A DNA stretch of 64,000 nucleotides. Origin: Marsupella aquatica (taxonomy: Eukaryota; Plantae; Marchantiophyta). Positions 13,801 through 25,586 of the stretch are shown here, piece by piece. Positions within the stretch are counted from its first letter, which is position 1, and each line of letters begins with the position of its first letter. Below the pieces are notes generated by a model that was not told the DNA's origin, did not search any database, and saw nothing but the letters and a program-made list of their open reading frames with translations. The stretch is taken from assembly GCA_973895155.1 (NCBI GenBank), contig OZ316891.1, positions 4,074,018 to 4,138,017 on the forward strand. The letters are read 5' to 3'. The position numbers were made by a program, and so were the translations under genes.

Positions 13801-14544
13801 TATGTCCAGACCTGTCAATGGTGACAGATCCCCGGTTCTCGTGAGAATTTTCGACCAGGTTCCAAAGAGGCACAAACCTCTCAGGTGACGTTTTGAGCTC
13901 GAGATGCTTTATGTACATAGAAATAACTGGGTCTTCTCCTACACTACTGCTGCCCACCAGCTGCTGACATTGGATTGTGGCCCGATGAGAAAGTGATGAG
14001 CCGCCTCATACAAAACTCTTGTCGCATGAAGCGATGTTTCAGGGCATTGTCCATCATTCTGCTGCTCCTCTGCATTGCTGAGATCTCAGAAGCATTCATA
14101 CAAGCCACACTCATCACAGAGGAATCGTGGATTCAATTGCATCGACGGGGTCTGCACATGTTTGTTTATTATTATTGCTACAAAACAGGCTTTGGAGAGG
14201 TGGTCGTGGGCAATTGAAGGCCAATGCGAGCTTCAATCGAGAATCAGCGAGATTCCACATCAGTCCCCCGGACAGTAAAATGTGACAAGTGCAAAAGTCA
14301 GAATCAAGGGTCTGCAGAGGAGTTGGAGATTGGGAGACCCGGAATAGTGACGTGGGGAGCAAGTACTGAAGTACTCTTTCCGCCCTGAGAACAATTTATT
14401 AAGATTTGAAATCATGACGGGCAATTGAATGATTCGCACGGGTAATGAATCATGAACGTAAAGCACTAAAGCCTACTAATCAGGAGAGAGTCTCGTGGCA
14501 CTAATAAATACCTCTGGACTTTGACTCTTTTCTGGCATCCTACA

Positions 14545-14820
14545 TGTGTCACGCCCGGGGTCAAACCCGGTCGTCCTGGCCCTGGCCCCCAGCCCCATCC
14601 CCAGCCGGCCACACCCGGTCCCGACCTCGACACCCCTCCCCCCCCCTCCCCGGCGGCCTGTCTCTTTCTGTCCCGGCCCGACCCCGGCCTGTCTCGACCC
14701 CAAACCCGGCCTGTCATAGCCGGGGAATATAGGCGAATATGCAACATTTGACCCTTTTTGGAGCCAACGAATGATAAGTTGTCATGTCAGACAACATGAG
14801 AACGTGCTCATCAGTTCAAA
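14545..14820 (+). mobile_element. Dispersed repeat with GC-rich core; related to 47380-47812 in opposite orientation; probable DNA-transposon end
   Basis: 14720-14810 (ccggggaatataggcgaatatgc...tttggagcc...tgataagttgtcatgtc) aligns by eye with the reverse complement of 47380-47470. Both have acgcccgg near the outer end. Confidence 0.5.
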
Positions 14821-15084
14821 CCGGGTGGTGGGGGCACAAAAATGTCTCCAAGCTTTCTCCACATATGTTTCTTCACAAAAATACACAGTGTACTCTCTCC
14901 CGACAACACTCTTTTAACTTCTTGTTAGGCATTGCCCTCTAAACATAATTATTGCAAGTATTGTAGATAGTATACACTATTGAAGAATTGAGCTCACACG
15001 GGCAATCTACAGGCTTCTTCTCCTTAGCTGCTCAACCATCTTTAGTTACCCTTCCCAATTTTATTTTTTTGTCTATTACTAAAT

Positions 15085-15815
15085 GAATAGCCGAATGCTT
15101 GTGTGTTGTATGAAAGATTTTGAGGTGAGGGCAAGATGTCAAGGGGAGCAGAGTATATCGGGGAGAGGGCAAGATTCTTGTGACAGCAATGCTATTGGGG
15201 AGGGCGAGGGTGTGGGAGGGTTGGAGGGAGATGCAAGACAGGGTGGTTGGGGCGTCACGGGGTCAAGTGCAGTCTTCCTATGCTATATTAATGCTCGTAT
15301 TAATGGAGAGAGTGAATATTTCTCTTTTTTCCATTCTTGCACCCTCCCTTTTGCTCCTTACAATCTCCCTCAATGGCTCGTTGGCTCCCTCTAACATGGT
15401 CAAAAATAGAAGAAGAAAAAAAACAAGGGGGGAAAAACAAAATGATTCAACCCAAATGAGAATCCCTTCTCCCTAGCAAAAAGCCAAAATAAACTCTTAC
15501 ACCATTGTAATTCTTGTATAGACCTATTTTAGAAGCAAGTATATCCATGTTTGTCCCCTTCCATTGGGTACCCTTTTACTCAATCCAAGGGCATCAAAAT
15601 CACTTGAATGTGACAGAACCGGTTTGTTCCCTCATTTTTCACTTTTGTAAACCATATGCAAGGAAGCTTTTAGGTGGGATAGCTTTTTATAGTGTTTGAT
15701 AGCCCGATGCTTGTGTGTTGCACATAAGATATCAAGGCGAGAGAAAGATGTTGAGGCAAGGCAAAGAAATGAAGGCATGTCAAGGTTGTTGAGGCACGAC
15801 AAAGATGGCAAGGAG
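15085..15815 (-). mobile_element. Two degenerate Helitron-like 3' ends with cttgacatctt-type subrepeats (same family as 48-49 kb and 61 kb)
   Basis: atagcc(g/c)(a/g)atgcttgtgtgttg at ~15087 and ~15699 is the reverse complement of the 49278-49303 terminus; here it ends CTAT rather than CTAG. Confidence 0.5.
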
Positions 15816-18618
15816 GGAAAAACTTTTCAATTTATTTTATTTGTTGTAATTTTTTAAATAGATAAATATTATTAAAAGTTTGTTGAACACAACAAAATCA
15901 AAATCTTTTTAGCTAGTAATATTTTTCTCTCAAGCCAAAGCTCCAAGCTGAACAAAAATTGTCCCCATTGTTTTTCTATTTTTTCTTTTCCCTCTAACTT
16001 CTTCTCTTTTTCCACATCTTCAATTTGTGTCCTTTCATCTTGTTTTTCTGTTTATCTTTGCCCTTATTTACGGACCCCCATTAGGGGTCCTTTGCAACAT
16101 TCCTGGCTCCACAGCGCGCCACATCATCATGGCACGCTGCAAACAGGAAGAGACTTGTTTTTGGATAAAATTAACTTCTGCATTCGTGTTTGTGGCCAGT
16201 TTGCTGTAAAAACTGGGACGCCATGCCGTAAAAAAGAATGTAAAAAAAATTGACATGCAAATCAAAAGACAAAAAGATTGAGGGTAAAACTGTTCCCAAT
16301 AATAGTTTTATTTACATTTTGATTTTATTCAAAAAACATAAAATGTTCCCGGTAAATTTTTTTGATTTGACATTGTTGAGTCAAATCATAATGAAAACTC
16401 ACATATAATATGACGTTGGAAAGATCTTGAACAGACGGTCCTGATGAGCTCAGCATTGTCACCATTCGGTAAGAATTGAGTAAGTAATTTGAAAAATAGA
16501 TTTTACACGTGATTTCATAATCTCTAACATGAATAAAAATCTTTTGTTGTACAACCTCTTAAATGTTGATCTCTTCCATGAGAATGACCTTAAAATTGAA
16601 AGATTTTATCGAGTACTAAGGAGATTATGAATTTTAGAATTTTTAAGCTTTTTAATGAACTTAACATTGATAGATTTAGTTGAGTTCTGAGTAGATTATA
16701 AGTTTCCAATGTTCTCTAGCTTTCCAATGAGTGTAACATTGGAAAATTTTATCAAGTACTAAAGTGGTCATGAGTTTCTAAATTTCTCTAACTTTTGATC
16801 GATTCTGAATAACACAATTTATTGAAAATTTGTTTCCATGACATTTTTTGTCTAAAACTATTATGCGAAGTTAGTGATTTGATGACATTGATGACTTCTC
16901 TCTCTTTGTCTATCTGCATGTAGGAATTGAAAAATGATTACTTTCTATGCAACTTGAGTGCATCCAGCATCCCTTCAGTACCATGGAGGAAACCGTCGAG
17001 CACCGTTTTGCTGAAGTGGGCAATTAAGCTACCCACACATTAAACATTAGTTCACATTGCAGCTAGTTTTGCAATTGATGTTAATTATGGTTGCTTTGGT
17101 AAGTTTGGCAACTGTTTCAAGTGTCAAACATTGACTTGTCCACTTTTGAATTTGTTTTCTTTAGATTTGGAGGTCCATCTAGCTTCAATTTCTAGATAGT
17201 GCCTCTAAAATAACATGGGGGTCCACGAATTAATTTCTCTAGAAGTCTACTTGTCTCTCCCTCCTTGTGGTTTGGAGTGCGTTGTCATTGATTGTGCATT
17301 ATATCTACATTGCATTAAGACCCTCCAGGATGTCAAGTGAGTCGTATGCTGGCCACATCACTCCTAATGGTGTCTGCCCGCTGCACAGCCTGGTGACAGT
17401 TAATGTTTTGCCACTCGTCCCCACATCCGTCGACAAACACTTTCCGTCAACTTCAAAATGGGGTGGGAGCAGTGCAATACAACCCAATGCCTAGCCACCA
17501 TGCACACCCTGTATTGACAATTTGTGCCAAAATGAACTCTCATTAAAACCACTGTATGCATCTCTAGGCACACGCACATAGTTGATCACGCTGTAGGGAG
17601 CTCGTGAGAAGACAAAGATAGTGAGAAGAGCAAGCAGGTTGCATGGGGCCATACTACAGGTTACACATTGGCTGCCAAAGGTATCTTTCTGTGATTTTGC
17701 AGACCTGAAATGTGTTCATGTCCATTGCATTCAACTCTAAACTCTGTGCCACAATGTAATGTTTTGGCACTATTCATGCTTGAAAATACTCTATATTTTG
17801 CCAATGCTGTACTTGCGCTTTGTAATCCTCCATTCTGTTTGTGCCTCAGGGGTCTCACTATATGGAGACACCCAACTTAGGATTGTCACACAAAAGACCC
17901 AATGAAGAGGGGACTGTGACCAAAGGGCCAAGAAGCTAGAAGGACCCAGGCATAAGCTCACTACAACAACATATAGGGAGATCAAATATTAAACTCTACC
18001 TATTGGCAAATTGATGAGCCAGGAAAAACTCAATCCATTGTTAAGTGCATATCAGGCTCAAGCAAGGGAATCTAAATAACTAGAGCTTGGGTTCAATTTA
18101 GTGTACATGTTGGTGTACCAAGTGCGTTTATTTTAAATATTCATATTTTAAAATAAAAAATATTCTAAGAATATTGGCTATTTTCAATATTAGTTACCTT
18201 ATTTATGCTATAAAAGGTATCCATTAGAGAACATTTTATATATTTGTGTTTCAAATACCTTATTTTGCCATCTAAACTATTTCATAATTTAGACAATCTC
18301 CATAAAAATACATATTTTAAATCACATGTGGGTTTTTACAATTCTTGGAAATTGATCCCCTGAGAACTAGAAGCCCTAAAAACAATGGCCTTAGCCCTAC
18401 AAAGCATAGTGAAAGCATGTGTTGATTGAAGCGCAACGGACACCCATTGTCTGTGAATGGATGATAACAAAACATTCAGGTGTAACATTGCAAGAACACG
18501 ATAAAGTAAAAACTGGTCAAAGGTCGAACACTTGTAGCACTCAAAGATCTAGGTAGCCTCCACATCAAACAACAGGTAGAAAAGATCCACATGGTAATGC
18601 ATAGCATAAGCCTCATCC

Positions 18619-18687
18619 TTAAGTTGAGGAACCCTCACACCAGTGTTTAGGGTTCCTCAACTTAAACCTAAACCCTAAACCCTAAAC
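18619..18687. repeat. Perfect 17-bp inverted repeat followed by ~3 plant telomere-type (CCCTAAA) units
   Basis: ttaagttgaggaaccct (18619-18635) / agggttcctcaacttaa (18649-18665), then acctaaaccctaaaccctaaac. Confidence 0.85.
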
Positions 18688-20157
18688 ATATTATATTATC
18701 AAGTTTGTTATTTTTGACAGCTATTTCAAAGGCATTGGGTTTTCCCGGATGTGGAATTATTTCTTCTACCAATTGAAATAGTTTCCTCCCAATTAGTCAA
18801 AATCTTAAGTAGCTAAGAGATTAATCTCTATCTAATAACAATGTGGTCCAGCTATATAGAAAACTCTATCTGGATAACATTTTTGTCCTGCTTTATGGGA
18901 GATTTTCTAGGAGACGGGAACCTGTAGAATGAAGTGAAAATTCCCTACCTAAACGAGAGTGCCATGGGAAGGGAGACAACCAGGAAACAACCAAGAATAT
19001 TCCTAACCTAAGAGGCATCAAAGATATTTTCTTCTTAAAATTAGGGGCACCAAAGTTTCTAAGGGTACAGGTGATGGGGAGGCCTCCACTAGTGAGACCC
19101 CCGAGGGCTGTTGAACATCTTCAACTTGAGTAGTCTGTCAAGAGACTTTCTGAAAATCAAATAGAGCCACACTTATCACTCAAATGGCTGCCAAAGGTGT
19201 TCTTGATGAAATTGGCAGATTGATTTTTGGTCATCATAATGACAGTGGGTCCGTTTGTCATGTCACCAACGCTCTTTCCAAAATTGAAATCCAAAGCAAC
19301 GGAATGTTCCTTATGTTACGGAACATTACTTTTCTGCAGGCTGATTACGGTAATCTTTAATGCCCATCATGTACTCCTCAGGTTGAATATGGTGACCACT
19401 TGAGCTGGTGCAACTCATGCGTTAGTATTAGTGAAAGAAAGATTCCTAATGCTATTAGCGTAATTTTAGCCAAAAAATGACACTAACACTTCGTATATCA
19501 GTGATACTGAAGAGCTTGGACACACTTGACTTTCGCCCGTTTTCCAATCCATGACAGACCAATTCTGCACACGATCCACAATCATCCCGGTATCTTGCAC
19601 AAAGCGAATGGGGATCTCGGGAATTTGTGGATGTCGGGGACGATAGTTTCCATCACAAACTAGACGATCATAATAACTACGTTTAGAGTATCGATACAAC
19701 ATGCCACTCTTGGGCTTAACAGGCTTACACAAGTAAAATGCCAGTGTTTCTCTCCCTTGCCCCACGAGCAAAATCTACATCCGCTAAACGAAACCAAAAA
19801 CACCAAAACCATATAATATAAATGATCGGATCAAAGGCAACAACAGTACGTGCTACTGCACAATCGATTCATTCAACACAATTTGTCTCGTTAGTATCAA
19901 CATCCCATGATATGGTGGTCATCCAACATTGTGTCTGCCACAGATTATTGTCGACGGTGCTGGTCGTAGCCGCTGCACCTCTTTGAAAGACATCGGTATC
20001 AATTCTAGTGGCGATGGTGAGATGTAGTCGTCTCTGCACCTGATTCACCCACAAGGTTATCAGTCAAACACTTCCAGCATTAAATTGCAGTAAAAAAGTT
20101 CGCTCAAATAATGTTTGAACGATAAAATGAGCGATAACACGCCAATGGACGGTTACG

Positions 20158-21289
20158 TTAATTGACAAGACCAGAAGCAGAGAAGACGTTTAGGACAGTC
20201 ATACTGATATTGGTCATCTTCCAGTGCTGATTGTCTTCGTCCTTCCACGTGAACACAATGACAGACTGCCCCTCTTTGATTGGACCGTATTTCTTGCCTC
20301 CGTGGTCGATGTCCAAGTTGAGCCCGATATTGCTAATGGAACGGATAGCATGCCATCCCTTACCCTCGTCCTTACCAACACTCCAGAGAATCTCCTCATC
20401 CAGTGAATTTGCATGATATTCAGCCAGATGTACCTGAATGACCAATATCAATAAAGAAATGTTAGACATTCATTCCAATCTCACAGAAGCTCCAGAAGCT
20501 CAACTTCAAAGCACTGATTCCGATTGGCACAAAGTCAAATTCACAAACACATTACCCGCCAAGGCTTTGAAGTAGCACATAAATACATACTCCACAACGA
20601 AAGTATGTCTCCATCGTGATCGTAATGGTACAAAGCTCTACATGCTTAAACTGCGATGCTCTGTACTGAAAATTCAAACAGGGGTTGAGCTACGACATCA
20701 AGTCGAAGACGAAGGCCCGAATACCTTTTCCTCTACTGCAGAAGGATGTTTCAAAGCTTTTCCAGTGCCCCTATTGATCAAGGCGAAACCCGCATATCCA
20801 GCCGAATCCTTCGCCTTATTGCTCCATGATTCATCCTTGATCCATTGCTGCAAGGTAAGAGACGAAATACTTAGATGCCTGCCCAGCCGTGCTCGTGTCT
20901 TGAAGAACAACGATCATTGAATGAGGTAGAGACAGTGTCCAGCAAAACTCGCAAGGAACAGAATCACAGATACATTCACTTTAAGATGACACTTCCAAAG
21001 GTCCGGGGCAAGACCAGACCCAGACCAGACCAGACCAGACCTGGTAAGGATCGGAGTCGTCAGCCTTCACAACTACGACGTCGTTACCCCTGACAGCTAG
21101 ATTGAAGCCGTCATCAACTTTACTGAAGATCTTCACGGTTATTCCCTTGATTGAAGAAAGCACAGAAGAAAGGTTGCTGCTCTCGTGTGAGTCATGGCCC
21201 CCGGGACCAGAATGTCCGAGCTGAGGCGGAGGAACGTGCTGAGGTGGACCGTGGTGGCCGCCCGGAGGACTGCCATGCCTGTACGCCAT
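20158..21289 (-). CDS. Euonymus lectin (EUL, ricin-B-like; EULS3/OSR40 type), single domain with His/Pro/Gly-rich N-terminus, 3 exons, ~215 aa
   Basis: Exons 21289-21041, 20847-20725, 20433-20158, all phase 0 and GT-AG. Spliced product: TVKIFSK...NLAVRGNDVV...DPYQ|QWIKDE...FALINRGTGKALKH...|VHLAEY...LDEEILWSVGKD...NLDIDHG...FTWKDEDNQHWK. Confidence 0.92.
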
Positions 21290-24200
21290 GATGATCTTCC
21301 TGTTCGCTTGATCTACACCAGCCTAATAGCTGCGGTTCAATGTATCACAGAGTACTGACCAACCGTTAGTCCAACATCCAACACGTCAAGCCTCACTCTC
21401 TCTGACAAATGCTCACCAAAGCAGCTTCAATAGCTCGCGAGACAGACTTGAATATGAAACCGATGCTAAGGTACCACATAGTCTCAATCAATTGAACGTC
21501 AACAAACCTGAAACACAGGGACTGCACAAGGGTCGCCCGAGGACAGAAAAAACAGCACTACTTCGACTCCTTACGAACCGAGTTTACTACCTACTTCAAG
21601 TACCTTCAACCTGTCGGTCCGTGGCCACGTCCGGAAACAAGTGGATTGCACAAAAGTCGACTCAGAACAATTCTCGAATCATTGAGAAGTAAAGATCATG
21701 CGTGCTTTCTGTACTGTACCTTCCAATAAGTCGGTCCGTCGGTCCGAGAAACACGCCGCTGATACTTCACCACACGACCTCCCTCCTCGTCGCAAAGCTA
21801 AGCGGAAGGATAGCGTCTATCGCCTCCAAACCTGTCCACGGCAGTGTGGGCCTGAATCTCCAAATGCAATGAATGCCAAGAGTACAGGGGCAGCAAACCG
21901 AACTGACAGCCCTCCTATCCTACAGAGAAAAACTTCTACACACCGAATATTTTCTACTCCATTAAAATCACCTCTGGAGTCCGGAATCTCTACGCAGCTG
22001 CGATGGCATTTACACGATGTAACAAATGGACAGGCACATGGAGACGCGGGAAAGAAAACACAACAGCAGGCTGATCGAGATGAGAACAGCACCGTGCTAC
22101 TTACAAGTTCCAAGCCGAAGAATGCGTCGAGGCGCGGAATAAGGTCGAAGATCCTTCGATGCCGAGCACGAGACTAACCTCCTTCAGGAATCGGGACTTT
22201 CACATCCAAACAAGTCGCGTTGTAGTGTAATAGAGCGAGAGCTTGATGAAGTGAAGAAGATAAAGTGTCACCGACCTCAATCTCGACTGCGAGTACCGAA
22301 TCAGACGAGTTCAACAAATCCTGCCTGTGCCACAACAAAAACAAGGCCGTCCTCGTTTGCGCAACACCGAAAACAGGAGGTTCAAGTGTTGACGATAAAC
22401 GAAATTCGGGTGATTTCAGCCGATGATCTCCTTATTTTAATTAACGGCTACAATTCAACCATTTGGATGCCTTGTCAAAGTACAGCGCTCCGCTGACACG
22501 TTGCCGCGACGGTTTCCGTCGCTGGTTCGGATAGTGAAATCATCGACGGCACGATGTGGCTAATCTTGTTCCACGGACGGCTGATAGTACGCATGGGTGG
22601 GGTGGACGGTGGTCTGCAACGGCGACACGCACCCGGCCCCGACGTCCTGTGCTATGCCTTTCCACCGCGCAAACCGATTTGCTGCAGACGGACACAGCCT
22701 TGTTTGCGTCACCCTGATAAGTACAAACAGGGAAAAAGTATTATAGTACCGTCAGACCATGTAGTCTTCCTCTTCACCGAGTAAGGTTCCCACTACAGTA
22801 CATCCAGAGCACGGAAAAGTTATTTCCAAACGGGATAGGCGAAAATTTAAGGGTTAAGTGAAGCCTTGTTAGGAGGAGGGCATTTCCAAACTCACCTTTT
22901 TCACATTTTACTCGCTCCTTTCGTTTTTTTCGTACTTTGTGTCCCTCCACTATCTCAAGAAAATATACTATTGTGGTGAAACTGGCGAATCCAGTTCCAT
23001 GATGGACAGCGATTGATTTAGGGGTTGCCACTATTAATGGGCCTGCCCCTAAATAGGCCACTGTTCAGTTGTATAGGTGAATGATAGACCGCATAGACGT
23101 GCTATGGAGGGTGACCCACATGTTTCCCATGATAAAAATGTTTGTCAATTATTTCTTCGAATTTTAACTACTATTAGATGTGGTGTTTTGTGGACCCACA
23201 TCTCACAGATCTATTTGAACCATCAATCATGCCCTAATTATGGTGAAGGAATGAAGGATTGAGATAAAAATGGGAGTAGAGAACGTCCCATTCCTATGAG
23301 TTAATATCGGGAACATGCCAACTAACCTGCAAAATCCCCCCCTGCTTGGATGGGACCAGATCTATATACCTGATGTATATCATTTTGCCTCTCCTTGTAA
23401 TTTTTGGGCTTTGCTTTAAAAAAAAGATGTCTACAACATTCACCCCAAAACAGTCAAAATTAGTCATGGTTGTGTGGTAGCTCACTTGAGTAAGAACTCA
23501 TAAATCTTGGGTTCAAATGTTGTAATTGACTTCTTTTGCCCTCCCTTTCCACAGGGATTCATGGATTTCAAACACAAACACACCCCAAAACACTAAACCT
23601 CCCCATTCAAGCTCCTAACAGGCTATGGAAACCTGACAAAGATTAGTAATTATTGTAAAGTCATCCTGCTAGGCAGGTCAATTGGTCAATTGGGATGATT
23701 TTAATGATTTGGAGTGAGTATAGTAGAGCCTTGCCTAGGTGGATGCTACATTCCCCATAACATGCACTAAATTGCATTGTATTGACATATTATTGGCATT
23801 TTGTCAATGATGTGGTTCACCCAAAGTTGCAAACATCCCTGGACAACCCTTATAAATGGAAATAGCATAACTGAGGAGTATATAATCTAAGTCAAAAGCT
23901 ATTTCCAGTGCCTAGAGTCTTCGCCAAACACAACCTCATGGCCTTGTATCTGAATAGTGGACCATGGGGTGCTCTATTTAAATAGTGTGCCAGGAATGTT
24001 ATATTTTGTTTTGACTATGTATTTTTGCAGGGTGTTGTGTGTCAAAATGGGTTCTGTGTTCAAATATTGACGTTGTCATATGATTCTTGAATGTTTTACT
24101 ATTTGTACTCAATATAGAACAGTTGGGTCCAACCTTGAACCCAGTGTCCAACTTGAACATAACGATAATATTTGAACACAATACCCGGGCTGTGTTGAAA

Positions 24201-25142
24201 TGATGTTGTGTTTGAAGAAAATTACTTTCTCATGGAGACCTAAAAGAATTCATTTTGGAACACTACACACTGGCGCTGCATTTGGGGGAAGACGGTAGTA
24301 CATGCCTATACCCAAGCCACTACACTGTGGAGCATAACTGAAAGTGGGTGGTTTTTGTACTCAACCATATTTACGTTGGTTTTTTGTACTGAACTATATT
24401 TACATTCAAATTCAAACAAGGGCGTTGTCAGGCTAGTCTCTAGAAAAAAGGGGCTAGTCTCTAGGAAAAATGACACATAGAACACATAGAACCCGCACAA
24501 CAAATGGGATATTTACATTCAAAAGAAGAGGTGCTAGTTTCTAGAAAAAGTGGCACATAGTGACGCATGATGTGACGCATTCAAAATGTTGAATACAGTA
24601 GTAAACTGTCACCAGTATAGAGCATTCTGTGTTTAAGTAGCTGCTATTTCTGTGTCCCCTCATAGTGCAGTCCTCTCCTCTGGAAAATGCACCAAAACAT
24701 TGCACATCCATAAGTGCAGGTTGAACCTCACTAAACAACAATTACATAAGTGCATTCCCATTTATAAATTTACACATGCATTTATCACTTGGTGCAATGC
24801 ATACCTGAGAATCAAGTATTGCTAAGTGCAGCGGACAACTATATAAAGTAGTGTCATGCACTTATCCAGTTGAATCGTGTAGCATGCAAGTTCAGTCTAT
24901 AAGGAGTTACTTCTGTGTGCCTGATAAACACAGATGAGAATGTGCAGAAGCGATTTCCTATGCACTTCTTTGGTAGTGCAAGAAGTGCATAAAGCATATC
25001 CCATGCATGTAGAACAACTAGGCTGACTACCCATTGTTTGAACCTAAATATAGGTGAGTACAAAACTCATTTGTGATTTGTCCCCTTTCAGTGCACACCA
25101 AAGTTAAGTGACCACCCCAGAGTTAAGGACTAGGGTCTTTGC

Positions 25143-25270
25143 TCTAGACTAGGCCATAAAGTAGGTTTTGATCCCAAGCTTTACTCTAGACCTAGGCCAT
25201 AAAGTAGGTTTTGATCTCAAGCTTTACTCTAGACCTAGACCTAGGCCATAAAAGTAGGTCTAGATCTCCT
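25143..25270. repeat. ~43-bp tandem repeat, about 2.7 copies
   Basis: ctagac(c)taggccataaagtaggttttgatc...aagctttact repeated. Confidence 0.85.
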
Positions 25271-25492
25271 ATTTCTAGTCTAGGGGTTTCATTCGAAACC
25301 TAGACCGTAAAGGAAGGTTTCAATCGCCAATTGCCCAAAATTGTAGGGAGTATTTGTGGATAAGCGCAGGATTGGGGCCTCGTCTCAAGTAACTTAGACA
25401 TGGTACTGTAGTACCCATGATGATTGGAGAAAAGTGTTCAGAGAAAGCAAGGGAATGGCGCCACGTTGGAGTACATTTCTGATAATGGGACC

Positions 25493-25586
25493 CATCTGAA
25501 AACTGGTCAAGATGCAATAACTCGAGGGAAAGCTACAGTTCACGAACGAGGACAGGGTGGAAGGCATCTGGACCAGTTTTCAGATG
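25493..25586. repeat. 23-bp inverted repeat (1 mismatch), 48-nt spacer
   Basis: catctgaaaactggtcaagatgc / gcatctggaccagttttcagatg. Confidence 0.85.

Noticed and set aside
17267-17660. Possible MULE/FAR1-like Cys/His remnant
   Set aside because: Only a vague Cys/His spacing with stops; insufficient.
19466-19771. 101-aa protein-like ORF downstream of the EUL gene
   Set aside because: Non-ATG start, no homology recognised, probably 3' flank.
22730-24313. Degenerate GGG...TACCGTC inverted termini (possible DNA transposon)
   Set aside because: Weak arm match and no TSD.
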